From a virus: a DNA stretch of 64,000 nt. The stretch lies in IMG/VR virus record IMGVR_UViG_3300047274_000223; one strand, given 5' to 3'. The notes below the pieces were generated by a model, which did not search any database, was not told the origin of the DNA, and was given only the letters and a program-made list of their open reading frames with translations. This document shows, piece by piece, positions 17,959 through 27,021 of this stretch; the stretch's first letter is position 1; each line of letters opens with the position of its first letter. The translations under genes were made by a program, and so were the position numbers.

Positions 17959-19101
17959 ATGTCAAAACTCGATAAGTCACAACTCAAAAAACGAAATAAC
18001 ATTGAAGTTCTTGTTGATAAGTTTTTTGGTCTCAGTGACTATGAAAACAGATTTATTGTTGAAGGCGAAGGAGTCTTCATTCCAGTTGCTCTAGTTATTG
18101 AAACTAAGGCTGGAGAATATGCATACGAAACTGACGATGATGATCAGCGTGAGTCTGCTATTTCTAGAGTTCTAGAATTTATTGATGACAGATCTGCAAA
18201 GTTATTCTTTACTGGTAAGTATGAGAATACAGGACAGATTAAAACAGTATCTCTTACTGATCTACAGAAGACTGTTGAATTTGGTGGACAGTCTGGTAAG
18301 GGTGCTAAGGTAAATCTCGGCATTCAGTTTGAGAAAGATTTATTTGCTGCTCTGGTTGACTACTATGAGACAGGAAAGGAAGTTGGTAAATATGGAAAAT
18401 ACGCAAAAGAAATTATTGCTGAGGTTGGTAAGGATTTAGGTAAACCATTGTCGGGTGTCATTGCAGTTGGAGAACTAAATCAGAAGAGACCGCTATCTAT
18501 CTCTGGTAATACTTTAAGACTCGGTAATGGTGGTATTGACATTGGACCTACTGTTACTGACATTACACTTCAATTTAATGGTGGTACTCAAGTATATTTG
18601 TCACTTAAGTATGGAAGTACATTAGCATTTGCAAATATTGGTTGCAGTACTTTGTTTGCGGCAAATGATATGAAGACCTATTCTCCAAGTAAAAATGCAC
18701 AAACAGTTCTTGACATCTTTGGTTTGAGTAAGACTGCTTTCTGTGATACATTTAATAACTATCCGCACTCCAAGAAGATTCAAAATCATCAAGTTGATGT
18801 TACTCAAACTTGTGATAAGCAGGCTCTTCAAAATCTTCTAGAACAGATGGTTGGTAAAGGATACTGGATGATTCATGGAACTACATCCAAAGTGAATATC
18901 TATGAAATGGATGATTCATATTTGAGAAGTGCTACTACTCTTACTGGAAAGATCACTGCATACTATGGTGGTACTACTGGGAAGGGTAAGAAAGTAATTG
19001 TTGCTTGCGAATCTGCCAAATATAAATTCCAATTCAATATTCGCAATAAGCAGTCGGGAGTTTACCCAACTCATATTATGTGCGATTATCAAAAGAAATA
19101 A
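17959..19101 (+). CDS. hypothetical protein, possible PD-(D/E)XK-like nuclease
   Basis: GIQFEK..VTDITL..YLSLK arrangement. Confidence 0.45.
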   Translation: MSKLDKSQLKKRNNIEVLVDKFFGLSDYENRFIVEGEGVFIPVALVIETKAGEYAYETDDDDQRESAISRVLEFIDDRSAKLFFTGKYENTGQIKTVSLTDLQKTVEFGGQSGKGAKVNLGIQFEKDLFAALVDYYETGKEVGKYGKYAKEIIAEVGKDLGKPLSGVIAVGELNQKRPLSISGNTLRLGNGGIDIGPTVTDITLQFNGGTQVYLSLKYGSTLAFANIGCSTLFAANDMKTYSPSKNAQTVLDIFGLSKTAFCDTFNNYPHSKKIQNHQVDVTQTCDKQALQNLLEQMVGKGYWMIHGTTSKVNIYEMDDSYLRSATTLTGKITAYYGGTTGKGKKVIVACESAKYKFQFNIRNKQSGVYPTHIMCDYQKK

Positions 19102-19129
19102 ATACTAAAGAAGGAAAAACCTAGGGTAA

Positions 19130-20257
19130 ATGAAAAGTTATAGGGATTTTTTAAGTGAAGGCAAGAAGAGTGGTGCTGCTGCTGAAGCAGAGAAGCTTGG
19201 ACTTGTCCATGTGGGATATGGAAAGTATGCTAATCCAAGAACTAAGAAAGTAGAATACCGATCTGAAGGTGGGATGAAACTTGTGAAAGTTTCTGCTAAG
19301 GATGCTGGACTTCCAACTGATCATCCAGCCGCACCAGAACAGGATGCTGCAAAAGCACCAGATCAGGGAATGTCAGTTACTCTAACTTTCGGTAGATTCA
19401 ATCCTCCTACAGTTGGACACGAAAAACTAATTCAGCAAGTTGCAAATTCTGCAAATGGAGATTTCCGAATCTATCCATCACGCTCTCAAGATCCCCAGAA
19501 GAATCCACTAGATCCAAATACTAAGATCGAATGGATGAAGAAGATGTTTCCCGACTATGCTGAGAATATTGTGGGCGATGAAAAGATGAGAAATATCTTT
19601 GATGTTCTCAAAGCAGTCGCGGCCGAAGGGTATACTGAAGTTAATATTGTTGTTGGATCGGACAGAGTTTCAGAATTCCAAAATCTTGCACAAAAATATA
19701 ATGGTTCTCTTTATAACTTCAATAATATCCAAGTCATTTCAGCAGGTGAAAGAGATGCTGATGCTGAAGATGTTAGCGGAATGTCGGCTTCTAAGATGCG
19801 TAAGGCAGCGATGGAAGATCAGTATGAAGTCTTCGCAAAGGGAATTCCAAGTACACTAAAAGATTCCGATAAAGAAAAACTTTTCAGAACCTTACAAGAT
19901 GCTATGCATGTAACTACTAAGGTTGAGACTTGGCAGTATGCACCAGAGTTAGATTACGAATTGCTAAGAGAAGCATATTACAATAATGAAATCTTCCAAG
20001 AGGGTGCAATCGTTCAGAATTTAGATACTGGTATCCTCGGTGAAGTAATTCATCGTGGTCCTAACTATGTAATCTATGCTGATGAATACGATAATACTCA
20101 TCGTGGTTGGTTGACACAACTCAGCGAAGGTGCAGATCCATCAACTCAGTTAGAGATTGGAACCGATAAGTATCGTGATTATGTTCAACAACTTACTCCT
20201 GGTCAACCAAAAGTTACCTTTGGTGGTTGGATGAAAAAAGTAAAAACAACTAAATAA
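19130..20257 (+). CDS. cytidylyltransferase-like (HIGH) nucleotidyltransferase
   Basis: TFGRFNPPTVGH, VGSDR, MSASKMR. Confidence 0.85.
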   Translation: MKSYRDFLSEGKKSGAAAEAEKLGLVHVGYGKYANPRTKKVEYRSEGGMKLVKVSAKDAGLPTDHPAAPEQDAAKAPDQGMSVTLTFGRFNPPTVGHEKLIQQVANSANGDFRIYPSRSQDPQKNPLDPNTKIEWMKKMFPDYAENIVGDEKMRNIFDVLKAVAAEGYTEVNIVVGSDRVSEFQNLAQKYNGSLYNFNNIQVISAGERDADAEDVSGMSASKMRKAAMEDQYEVFAKGIPSTLKDSDKEKLFRTLQDAMHVTTKVETWQYAPELDYELLREAYYNNEIFQEGAIVQNLDTGILGEVIHRGPNYVIYADEYDNTHRGWLTQLSEGADPSTQLEIGTDKYRDYVQQLTPGQPKVTFGGWMKKVKTTK

Positions 20258-20289
20258 TAGAAGAAAAGGAAAACTCGCAAGAAATTAAA

Positions 20290-22509
20290 ATGTTTACTAA
20301 CAACTTCAAACTCGATGGGATTGAAAACATCCTAGATGATATTGGTTATCTTGATGAAATGAAAGGTGCTGGTGAAGATCAAGAGCACAAGTATACTAAG
20401 AAGTCAGGAAAGAAGTCGAAGGACTTTGATGGGGATGGAACTGTAGAAGACGAAACTGATGAGTATGCGGGTGTAAAGGATCGCGCAATCAAGAAGGCAA
20501 CTGGTAAGTGTTCTAAGTGTGGCAAAGAGCCTTGCGGGTGTGATACCAAAAAAGAGTCTGTAGATTTTTCATCTGTTCTTGATGAACTAACTGATGAAGA
20601 CATCATCTTCCTTTCTGACACTCTAATCGAAGAAGTTGTTGAAGAGTTCTTCTACGAAACTCTAGAAGAAGGTTTTGAAATCGAAGAACTAGAAACCATT
20701 CTAATCGAGCATGTTGAGTCTGAACTCGCATACCTCGAAGAGGCAAAGGTAACTGTTGGTCACGATTCTGGTTCGGAAGTAAGCAGACCTAGCAGACTTG
20801 CAAAAGTTAAGGATGCTGTAAAGAAAGTTGCTTCAGGTGCAAAAGCAGTTGCTAAGAAAGTTGCTCATGGTGCTGGCGAAGTTGCTGGTTCTGCAGTTGC
20901 TGGTTATAAGAAAGCATCTGCGGCTGCAAAGGATGCTCCTAGCGCAACTAAGTCCGATAGCAATGATTCCAAGTCGGATTCACCTAGAACTGGTTCAGGA
21001 TCTTCAGGCAGTTCTTCTGGTGGTTCTTCTGCAACTGGAACTAAGCGTCCTGGTCTTCTAGGTAGAATTGCATCAGGTCTTAAGTCTGGTCTTAAGAAAG
21101 CAATTCATGGTGCAGGTAAGGCAGTTGGTAAGGTTGTAAAGACTGCTAAGGCAGGATACGATGAAGGTAGAGGTAAGTCTGCTCCTGCTCCAGCAGCAAA
21201 ACCAGCAGCATCTTCAGCAGCAAAACCAGCAGCATCTTCAGCAGCAAAACCTGCTGCACCTGCTGCTAAAAAAGCATCTGCGAAGAAGAAGTCTGGTGGT
21301 AATCTAGACAATCTCCTCAAGCAAATTCGTAGTGAGGAAGTTGAACTAGAAGAAGGTAAGAATAAAGCAGGAAAGGAGCAAGGTGCTGACGGCAAAGCTT
21401 GCTGGAAAGGTTACAAGTATGCTGGCACTGAGAATGGTAAGGATAAGTGCGTACCTATGGAAGAGTACCTGGATGTATATACATCCATGATTGAAGAAGG
21501 TTATACTATCGATCAGGTTCGTGAAGTTCTTGCTGCATATGAAGATGGTTTTGAAGTCATCTTTGAGGAAGATGGCGTAACTATTAATGAGAATCAAGAA
21601 GTTCTTGATGAGGAAACTGAATTCCTTGCTGATGTAGAGATGGTTGCAGACTGGCTTCATGCTGAGGGTGTAATCGAGAACGAAGATCAGTTCTTCGAAC
21701 TCATGGAAGATCTTTCGGAGGAAGAGATTCAGGAACTCTATGATCTAGTTCTAGAAGCAACTGCCATGGCAAAACGTGGTTATGATGAGACCAAACTACG
21801 TCAACGTGCTGGCGGTGGAGAAGCAGCAGATAGAGCAACTGCACTTGAGAAGAAACCAACCTTCGGTGATGCTAACAAGGCAAAGCAAAGACAGAATTAT
21901 GCGAAAGCACAAAGAGGTGATTTCCGTAAGACTGCTTCATCGAATCCTGGTCTCCATGGATATGCTCACAAGTCCGATGATCCTAAGGTGAAAGCAAAGC
22001 AAGCAGCAAGAGGAGCACAAAGAGGTGCTTTAACTCCTAAAGAGAGAAAGGATCTCAACATGGGTTATGAAATGATCGGCAACTCTTTAGAAGAGGGTGG
22101 TTTAGAAGTACAGAACATCCATGAGATCTCTGCTGATCTTGGTCTTCGTGCATCAAAAGCAGCAGATAAAAAGAGAGCCGAACTAGCTCGTGCTGGTGAT
22201 AGGGAAGGTGCAGCAGCAAAGGCAGCACAAGCAAAGAGACTTTATGGTAAGCAAGCTGCTAGGAGATTGGGTAGAGAAGAACAAACTGAAATGATTGGTA
22301 ATTCTCTAGAGGAAGGTGGTCTTGAAGTTCGTAATTACTCTTGGGAAGAAGTAAATGAAGCACAAGAGGCTCGTAACAATCCCGAGAAGTACGAAGCAGG
22401 ACAAAAGAAAAAGTATGCTCCTGTCCGTGGAGAGAAAACTCCTATGCCACCTAGAGGTGACAAGCGTAGAGAGGATTTTGAGAAGTGGTATGCTGCTAAC
22501 GTTCGCTGA
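20290..22509 (+). CDS. large low-complexity protein, putative internal head/scaffold-like protein
   Basis: Alternating acidic and K/R/A-rich blocks separated by (I/L/V)xE motifs. Confidence 0.55.
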   Translation: MFTNNFKLDGIENILDDIGYLDEMKGAGEDQEHKYTKKSGKKSKDFDGDGTVEDETDEYAGVKDRAIKKATGKCSKCGKEPCGCDTKKESVDFSSVLDELTDEDIIFLSDTLIEEVVEEFFYETLEEGFEIEELETILIEHVESELAYLEEAKVTVGHDSGSEVSRPSRLAKVKDAVKKVASGAKAVAKKVAHGAGEVAGSAVAGYKKASAAAKDAPSATKSDSNDSKSDSPRTGSGSSGSSSGGSSATGTKRPGLLGRIASGLKSGLKKAIHGAGKAVGKVVKTAKAGYDEGRGKSAPAPAAKPAASSAAKPAASSAAKPAAPAAKKASAKKKSGGNLDNLLKQIRSEEVELEEGKNKAGKEQGADGKACWKGYKYAGTENGKDKCVPMEEYLDVYTSMIEEGYTIDQVREVLAAYEDGFEVIFEEDGVTINENQEVLDEETEFLADVEMVADWLHAEGVIENEDQFFELMEDLSEEEIQELYDLVLEATAMAKRGYDETKLRQRAGGGEAADRATALEKKPTFGDANKAKQRQNYAKAQRGDFRKTASSNPGLHGYAHKSDDPKVKAKQAARGAQRGALTPKERKDLNMGYEMIGNSLEEGGLEVQNIHEISADLGLRASKAADKKRAELARAGDREGAAAKAAQAKRLYGKQAARRLGREEQTEMIGNSLEEGGLEVRNYSWEEVNEAQEARNNPEKYEAGQKKKYAPVRGEKTPMPPRGDKRREDFEKWYAANVR
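21192..21262 (+). repeat. 24-bp in-frame tandem repeat (AAKPAASS)
   Basis: cagcagcaaaaccagcagcatctt x2 plus a partial third copy. Confidence 0.8.
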
Positions 22510-22519
22510 GGTTAAATAA

Positions 22520-23602
22520 ATGAAAACATTCCAATCATTCATCTCCGAAGAAGGGGAAAAAGTAAAAAGAGGTAAGGAAATCTCTGTTGGTAAGAACACT
22601 GTTAAGATCAATCCTGACAGTGAAGAATTGAAGGAAGTCGCTCCTCCAACTGCAAAGGCGGAGCGTATGGTTAAGCATATTAAGAAGTCTTATTCTAAGG
22701 ATGGTAAATTAACCGACAAGGAAAAAGAAATTGCATATGCAACTGCGTGGAAACATCATAATACTGAATCTGCTGTTCCTGGTAAACCTGCAGAAAAACT
22801 CGGTGCTGTAACTGCCATCCCTAAGGATGAGCGTGATGCTGCAAGAGAAAGAACTCTTGCTAAAGCAAAAGCAGCACGAGCAGCAAGAGAAAAGGGAATG
22901 AAGGAAGAGATTGAAATTGAAGAAGGCATGACCATGAAGGATTTCAAAGCAAACCGCAGAAAACTCAAGCGTAGAGAAGCTTCTGCCGATGCCAAGAAGA
23001 GAGGTCATGTAGGTAAAGAATGGTATAACAGTGGTAGGACCTATTCTCCTGATGAAGCGAAGAGTGGTCGTGCAAATATGCCTGATCATGAAAGACAAAC
23101 AAGACATCGTAGTGCTGTAGATCCTGATAATGATAATGATGATATGTACTCAGCAGATAAGACGAAGAATCCTAAGAAACTTCGCAAGCAGAAGGCAATG
23201 GGAGAAATTGGTGAATCACTTCTTTCGTTCTCTAACTTCATGGAAGCACGTAGAATGGATCGTGAAGGTGTAGATCGTGGTGATGCTGGTCGTGAACAAC
23301 GTGCTGCTAAAGCAAAAGCATCTTTAGCAGCAAAGGCAAAGAGAGATACTGCAATCGACAAGTATGAGAAATCTTCTGGTCGCACTGTAGATCGTTCTAA
23401 GTCTGTAGAGTACAAAGCACACGCTAAGAATCATCCTGGTTCTCGTCAAGAACCTAAAGTAAAGGGTGCAAAAGAAACTCCTGCTGAAACTCACAGCAGA
23501 AGAGTTAATCGTCAGGTTGCTAGAGTTTTGAAGCACGGTCCAACATCTAAAGAAAAGCGTGAGAACGAGGCAATGTCAAAACACACATCTCGTTTTGACT
23601 AA
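22520..23602 (+). CDS. basic modular protein, putative internal head protein
   Basis: Starts MKTFQSFISE (T4 capsid-targeting-like); K/R-rich modules. Confidence 0.55.
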   Translation: MKTFQSFISEEGEKVKRGKEISVGKNTVKINPDSEELKEVAPPTAKAERMVKHIKKSYSKDGKLTDKEKEIAYATAWKHHNTESAVPGKPAEKLGAVTAIPKDERDAARERTLAKAKAARAAREKGMKEEIEIEEGMTMKDFKANRRKLKRREASADAKKRGHVGKEWYNSGRTYSPDEAKSGRANMPDHERQTRHRSAVDPDNDNDDMYSADKTKNPKKLRKQKAMGEIGESLLSFSNFMEARRMDREGVDRGDAGREQRAAKAKASLAAKAKRDTAIDKYEKSSGRTVDRSKSVEYKAHAKNHPGSRQEPKVKGAKETPAETHSRRVNRQVARVLKHGPTSKEKRENEAMSKHTSRFD

Positions 23603-23648
23603 ATAACTGGGGAGACCCATACGTTAAGTAAACATTAAGGAGGTTATT

Positions 23649-23867
23649 ATGGGAGGAATCGTAGCAGTAGTTAAGCCACTACTAATGCAAATTGCAACCC
23701 ATCCTGCTGTTAAGAAACTCGTTATTGATCTTCTTGAGAAGTATGTGAAATCAACCGACAACAGCATCGATGACATGATCCTAACAACTGTTAAGGCAGC
23801 AATGTTCAAGGATCAAGTTACTGGTGAGGTTGCTGGAGTTGCTTCAAAACTCGGCATTAAACTATGA
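23649..23867 (+). CDS. conserved hypothetical protein
   Basis: AAGGAGG RBS; VKKLVIDLLEKYVKSTDNSIDD. Confidence 0.7.
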   Translation: MGGIVAVVKPLLMQIATHPAVKKLVIDLLEKYVKSTDNSIDDMILTTVKAAMFKDQVTGEVAGVASKLGIKL

Positions 23868-24016
23868 TCACTTGTTTTCTAACAAACTGGGGAGTAACCA
23901 TTGTCTTAGGGTTACTCCTTTCTTTATCTGAATACTTGGCAAAGACCAATAAGACTAAGGCAAATGGTATTCTCGATTTCGTATCGGATACACTAAAAAC
24001 GATATTAAATAAATAA
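23864..24016 (+). CDS. 50-aa membrane protein
   Basis: MITCFLTNWGVTIVLGLLLSLSEYLAKTNKTKANGILDF... Confidence 0.6.
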   Translation: MITCFLTNWGVTIVLGLLLSLSEYLAKTNKTKANGILDFVSDTLKTILNK

Positions 24017-24052
24017 TATACAGGATAATTAAAGTTTATTGGAGAATAGCAA

Positions 24053-24679
24053 ATGTCTCTTTACGATAGAGTAGACTCAAACGCAGCGAAGACTGCAATT
24101 GAAAATCTTCGCAACGCAGTTCCTAACACTGCAACAGAAACAATCGTTTTCGTAGATGGTACAGAAGCATCACTAAACGAAAATGCTTCTCGTGGTATCA
24201 CTGGCCCAGGTTGGTGGTCATATCGCACCTATACTGATGTATCTGGTAAAACTCGTCATAAGGCAGAGCACCTAGTATTCATCAGCAATCCTGAGGCAAA
24301 CGCAGACGAAACTCAGTCTGATGACACTATCGCAGCAGACGTAGCATCGGCAGTAACCATCAGTGGTCAACCAGCAGCATCGACTTCTTCCTCTGGTGCT
24401 GGAACCTTTGCGGTTACTACTTCGACTACAGGAACTCCTGGAGCACTTTCATATCAGTGGCAGCGTCAGACTGCAACCGCAACTACTCGTTGGGTTGACA
24501 TCACTGCATCACTCGATAGTGGAATCACCTATGCAGACTTCACAACTGCAACTCTCGCATACAGCGGTCTTGCAGATGATAACCTAGATGGTTATAAGTA
24601 TCGCGTCAAGATCACTTCTGCTGGTGGTACTGAGGAAGTTATTTCTAATGGTACTGCAACTCTAACATTCGGAGACTGA
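24053..24679 (+). CDS. putative virion protein with C-terminal Ig-like domain
   Basis: PGWWSYRTYTD..TRHKAE; LSYQWQRQ..DGYKYRVKITS Ig-like signature. Confidence 0.65.
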   Translation: MSLYDRVDSNAAKTAIENLRNAVPNTATETIVFVDGTEASLNENASRGITGPGWWSYRTYTDVSGKTRHKAEHLVFISNPEANADETQSDDTIAADVASAVTISGQPAASTSSSGAGTFAVTTSTTGTPGALSYQWQRQTATATTRWVDITASLDSGITYADFTTATLAYSGLADDNLDGYKYRVKITSAGGTEEVISNGTATLTFGD

Positions 24680-24693
24680 TGAATAGGTAGATT

Positions 24694-25056
24694 ATGCATT
24701 TTGATGAATTAAATGAGGATAATTTTTTGTTATTTGCTATCAAGCATTACGAAAATCCTCAGTCCGTCACATATGAAGACTTTGAGGAGGATCTTAAGAG
24801 ATTTAAATACCTTAAGAGACTCCTGAAAAGATATCAAAAGGGTGGTGAACTGAGAACTCATTTAATTTTAAATCATATTATCATCCTATACAATGTATTT
24901 GGTGAAGCAGCAACTCCACTTATTCTTTATAAACTAGAACCAGAATATTGGTCATCGATTAAAACTTTTTTGATATTTCTCAATCGGTGGCCAATTGGTC
25001 TGTTAGAACAAATTGAGATTGATATAGAAATTGACATTATACTTCAGGACCTATGA
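24694..25056 (+). CDS. conserved T4-like cyanophage core hypothetical protein
   Basis: FDELNEDNFLLFAIKHYENP..LILNHIIILYNVFG. Confidence 0.8.
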   Translation: MHFDELNEDNFLLFAIKHYENPQSVTYEDFEEDLKRFKYLKRLLKRYQKGGELRTHLILNHIIILYNVFGEAATPLILYKLEPEYWSSIKTFLIFLNRWPIGLLEQIEIDIEIDIILQDL

Positions 25057-25592
25057 AAGAAGAAACTAATATATCTGCTGGAACCCCACCTACGAATTCT
25101 GTTGGTACTGGGGTTGAAACGTCTTTACCTCCTGCAGTAGAACCTCCTGGTATTCCTAGGGGATCTAAAGTAATTAAGAGGAAGAAGAGGAAAAAGATAT
25201 ATGAAGCAGCAATGGTTTATGCTTTTAGAGTAACAATTGCCGATCTTGGGGATATTGTCATCTATGCTAAAACCGAAACACAAGTTAGAACAAAACTTAG
25301 AGATTATCTTCGCAACTCAGGACAAATTATAAATATTCAAAGAATCTTTGCCACTGATGTTATAGATTTTTATACTCAGAAAAGAGCAAAGGCGATGAAA
25401 AGATTACCAGATGTGGTGTTAGAACAAATGGAACAAGATAAGGAACAAGCTAAAGACCAGCAGCAAGTAGCAAAACAAAATGCTACGCAAAGACTTGCGT
25501 TAGTAAAGAAGCAAGCAGCACAAAATTTAGCTCTTAAGAAGAAAGAACTGCAGAAGTCTGCCGCTACTGGCACAACTCCCCCAGCAATGTGA
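25053..25592 (+). CDS. hypothetical protein
   Basis: 179-codon ORF in operon context. Confidence 0.7.
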   Translation: MKEETNISAGTPPTNSVGTGVETSLPPAVEPPGIPRGSKVIKRKKRKKIYEAAMVYAFRVTIADLGDIVIYAKTETQVRTKLRDYLRNSGQIINIQRIFATDVIDFYTQKRAKAMKRLPDVVLEQMEQDKEQAKDQQQVAKQNATQRLALVKKQAAQNLALKKKELQKSAATGTTPPAM

Positions 25593-25600
25593 GGTGAGAA

Positions 25601-26029
25601 ATGGCATTTGGTCTCCAGAAGTTAGCGGTCCTTGAAAGCAAACTCGATATTTATGAAGACCTATCAAAAGAAATGCTTGATAAACTTGAGCGAGCAGTTG
25701 CTACGATTAGTGAAAACAGCAATAGAGTTGCTGTCATTCTAGAGCGTCATGAAAATCGCTTAAATGAAAGTGATAAGAATGACCAACTCATCATTAAAAT
25801 GCTAGAAGATGTGAAGACTGCTAATACTAAAGAGCATAAAGCAGTAATTGACAGACTTGATAAACTAGAAACAAGGGTAAACGACCTTGCTACCTTTCGC
25901 TGGATCGCCACTGGCATCGGCACTGCTGCTGTGATCGTCATTGGATCTGCAACATTCTTTGGCAATCTCTTGACAGTCGGTAGGACCCCTGGTAATATAG
26001 GTGGAGCGATCCCATCCCAATCTAGATGA
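25601..26029 (+). CDS. coiled-coil protein with C-terminal TM segment
   Basis: LAVLESKLDIYEDLS..; WIATGIGTAAVIVIG. Confidence 0.7.
   Translation: MAFGLQKLAVLESKLDIYEDLSKEMLDKLERAVATISENSNRVAVILERHENRLNESDKNDQLIIKMLEDVKTANTKEHKAVIDRLDKLETRVNDLATFRWIATGIGTAAVIVIGSATFFGNLLTVGRTPGNIGGAIPSQSR
25970..25998 (+). promoter_or_regulatory. sigma70-type promoter upstream of primase
   Basis: TTGACA-N17-TAATAT. Confidence 0.6.
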
Positions 26030-27021
26030 GTTACATTGACATTGAATATGTGAATCTGGTTTCATCCAGACTGGATAAATTCTCACGTAAAAAAGATAAT
26101 CTATATAACTTTCGATGCCCCTATTGTGGTGACTCTCAAAAGAAGCAGTCAAAGACACGGGGGTATTTGTATCTGAAAAAGAACGACATCCTGTTTAAGT
26201 GTCATAACTGTGGAGTTGGAAGGACTCTTGCAAACTTCTTAAAGGACAATGCAAACGATTTATATGACGAATACGTACTAGCAAGATACAAAGAGGGCCT
26301 GACTGGAAAGGCAACAAACACCCCCAACCCAAAACTAGAATTCGAGAAACCGAAATTCCAAAGTAATAAGAAAGGTGTGGTTCCTATTTCCATTCTTGAT
26401 GAGGTACATCCCGCAAAAAAGTATCTACTGGATCGAAAGATCCCCAAAGATAAACTAAATAAACTTTACTACTGCCCCAAATATAAAGCGTGGGTAAATT
26501 CTCAAAAGGAAACATTCAATAACATAGACGACGATCATGGTCGTATTATTATTCCACTGATTTCTAACGGTCAGTGGTTTGGTTTTCAAGGCCGATCCTT
26601 GACAAACAACACCCAATTAAGGTATATTACTACCATACTAGACGACTCTCATCCTAAGATCTATAATCTTGATGGAGTAGACTACACCAAAAATGTCTTT
26701 ATTACCGAAGGTCCTATTGACAGTCTGTTCTTAACTAATGCTATTGCTATGGTTGGTGCCGACGTAGATTGGGAATTCCTTTCCAGCAAAACTAATTTCG
26801 TATTTGTTTACGATAATGAACCACGAAATCCTCAGATTGTTGCTAGGATGCAAAAGGTAATAGATAGAAAACTACCAATCGTTCTCTTCCCATCAGATAT
26901 TCATGAAAAGGATCTAAACGATATGGTTCTTGCTGGACATGATGTTCAGCAAATCGTAGAGTCAAACATCTACGAAGGTCTAGAAGCACAACTTAAATTT
27001 AACACTTGGAAAAAAGTATGA
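26026..27021 (+). CDS. g61: DNA primase (gp61)
   Basis: FRCPYCGDS..FKCHNCG zinc finger; TEGPIDSLF; DNEPRN; KDLNDM. Confidence 0.96.
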   Translation: MSYIDIEYVNLVSSRLDKFSRKKDNLYNFRCPYCGDSQKKQSKTRGYLYLKKNDILFKCHNCGVGRTLANFLKDNANDLYDEYVLARYKEGLTGKATNTPNPKLEFEKPKFQSNKKGVVPISILDEVHPAKKYLLDRKIPKDKLNKLYYCPKYKAWVNSQKETFNNIDDDHGRIIIPLISNGQWFGFQGRSLTNNTQLRYITTILDDSHPKIYNLDGVDYTKNVFITEGPIDSLFLTNAIAMVGADVDWEFLSSKTNFVFVYDNEPRNPQIVARMQKVIDRKLPIVLFPSDIHEKDLNDMVLAGHDVQQIVESNIYEGLEAQLKFNTWKKV

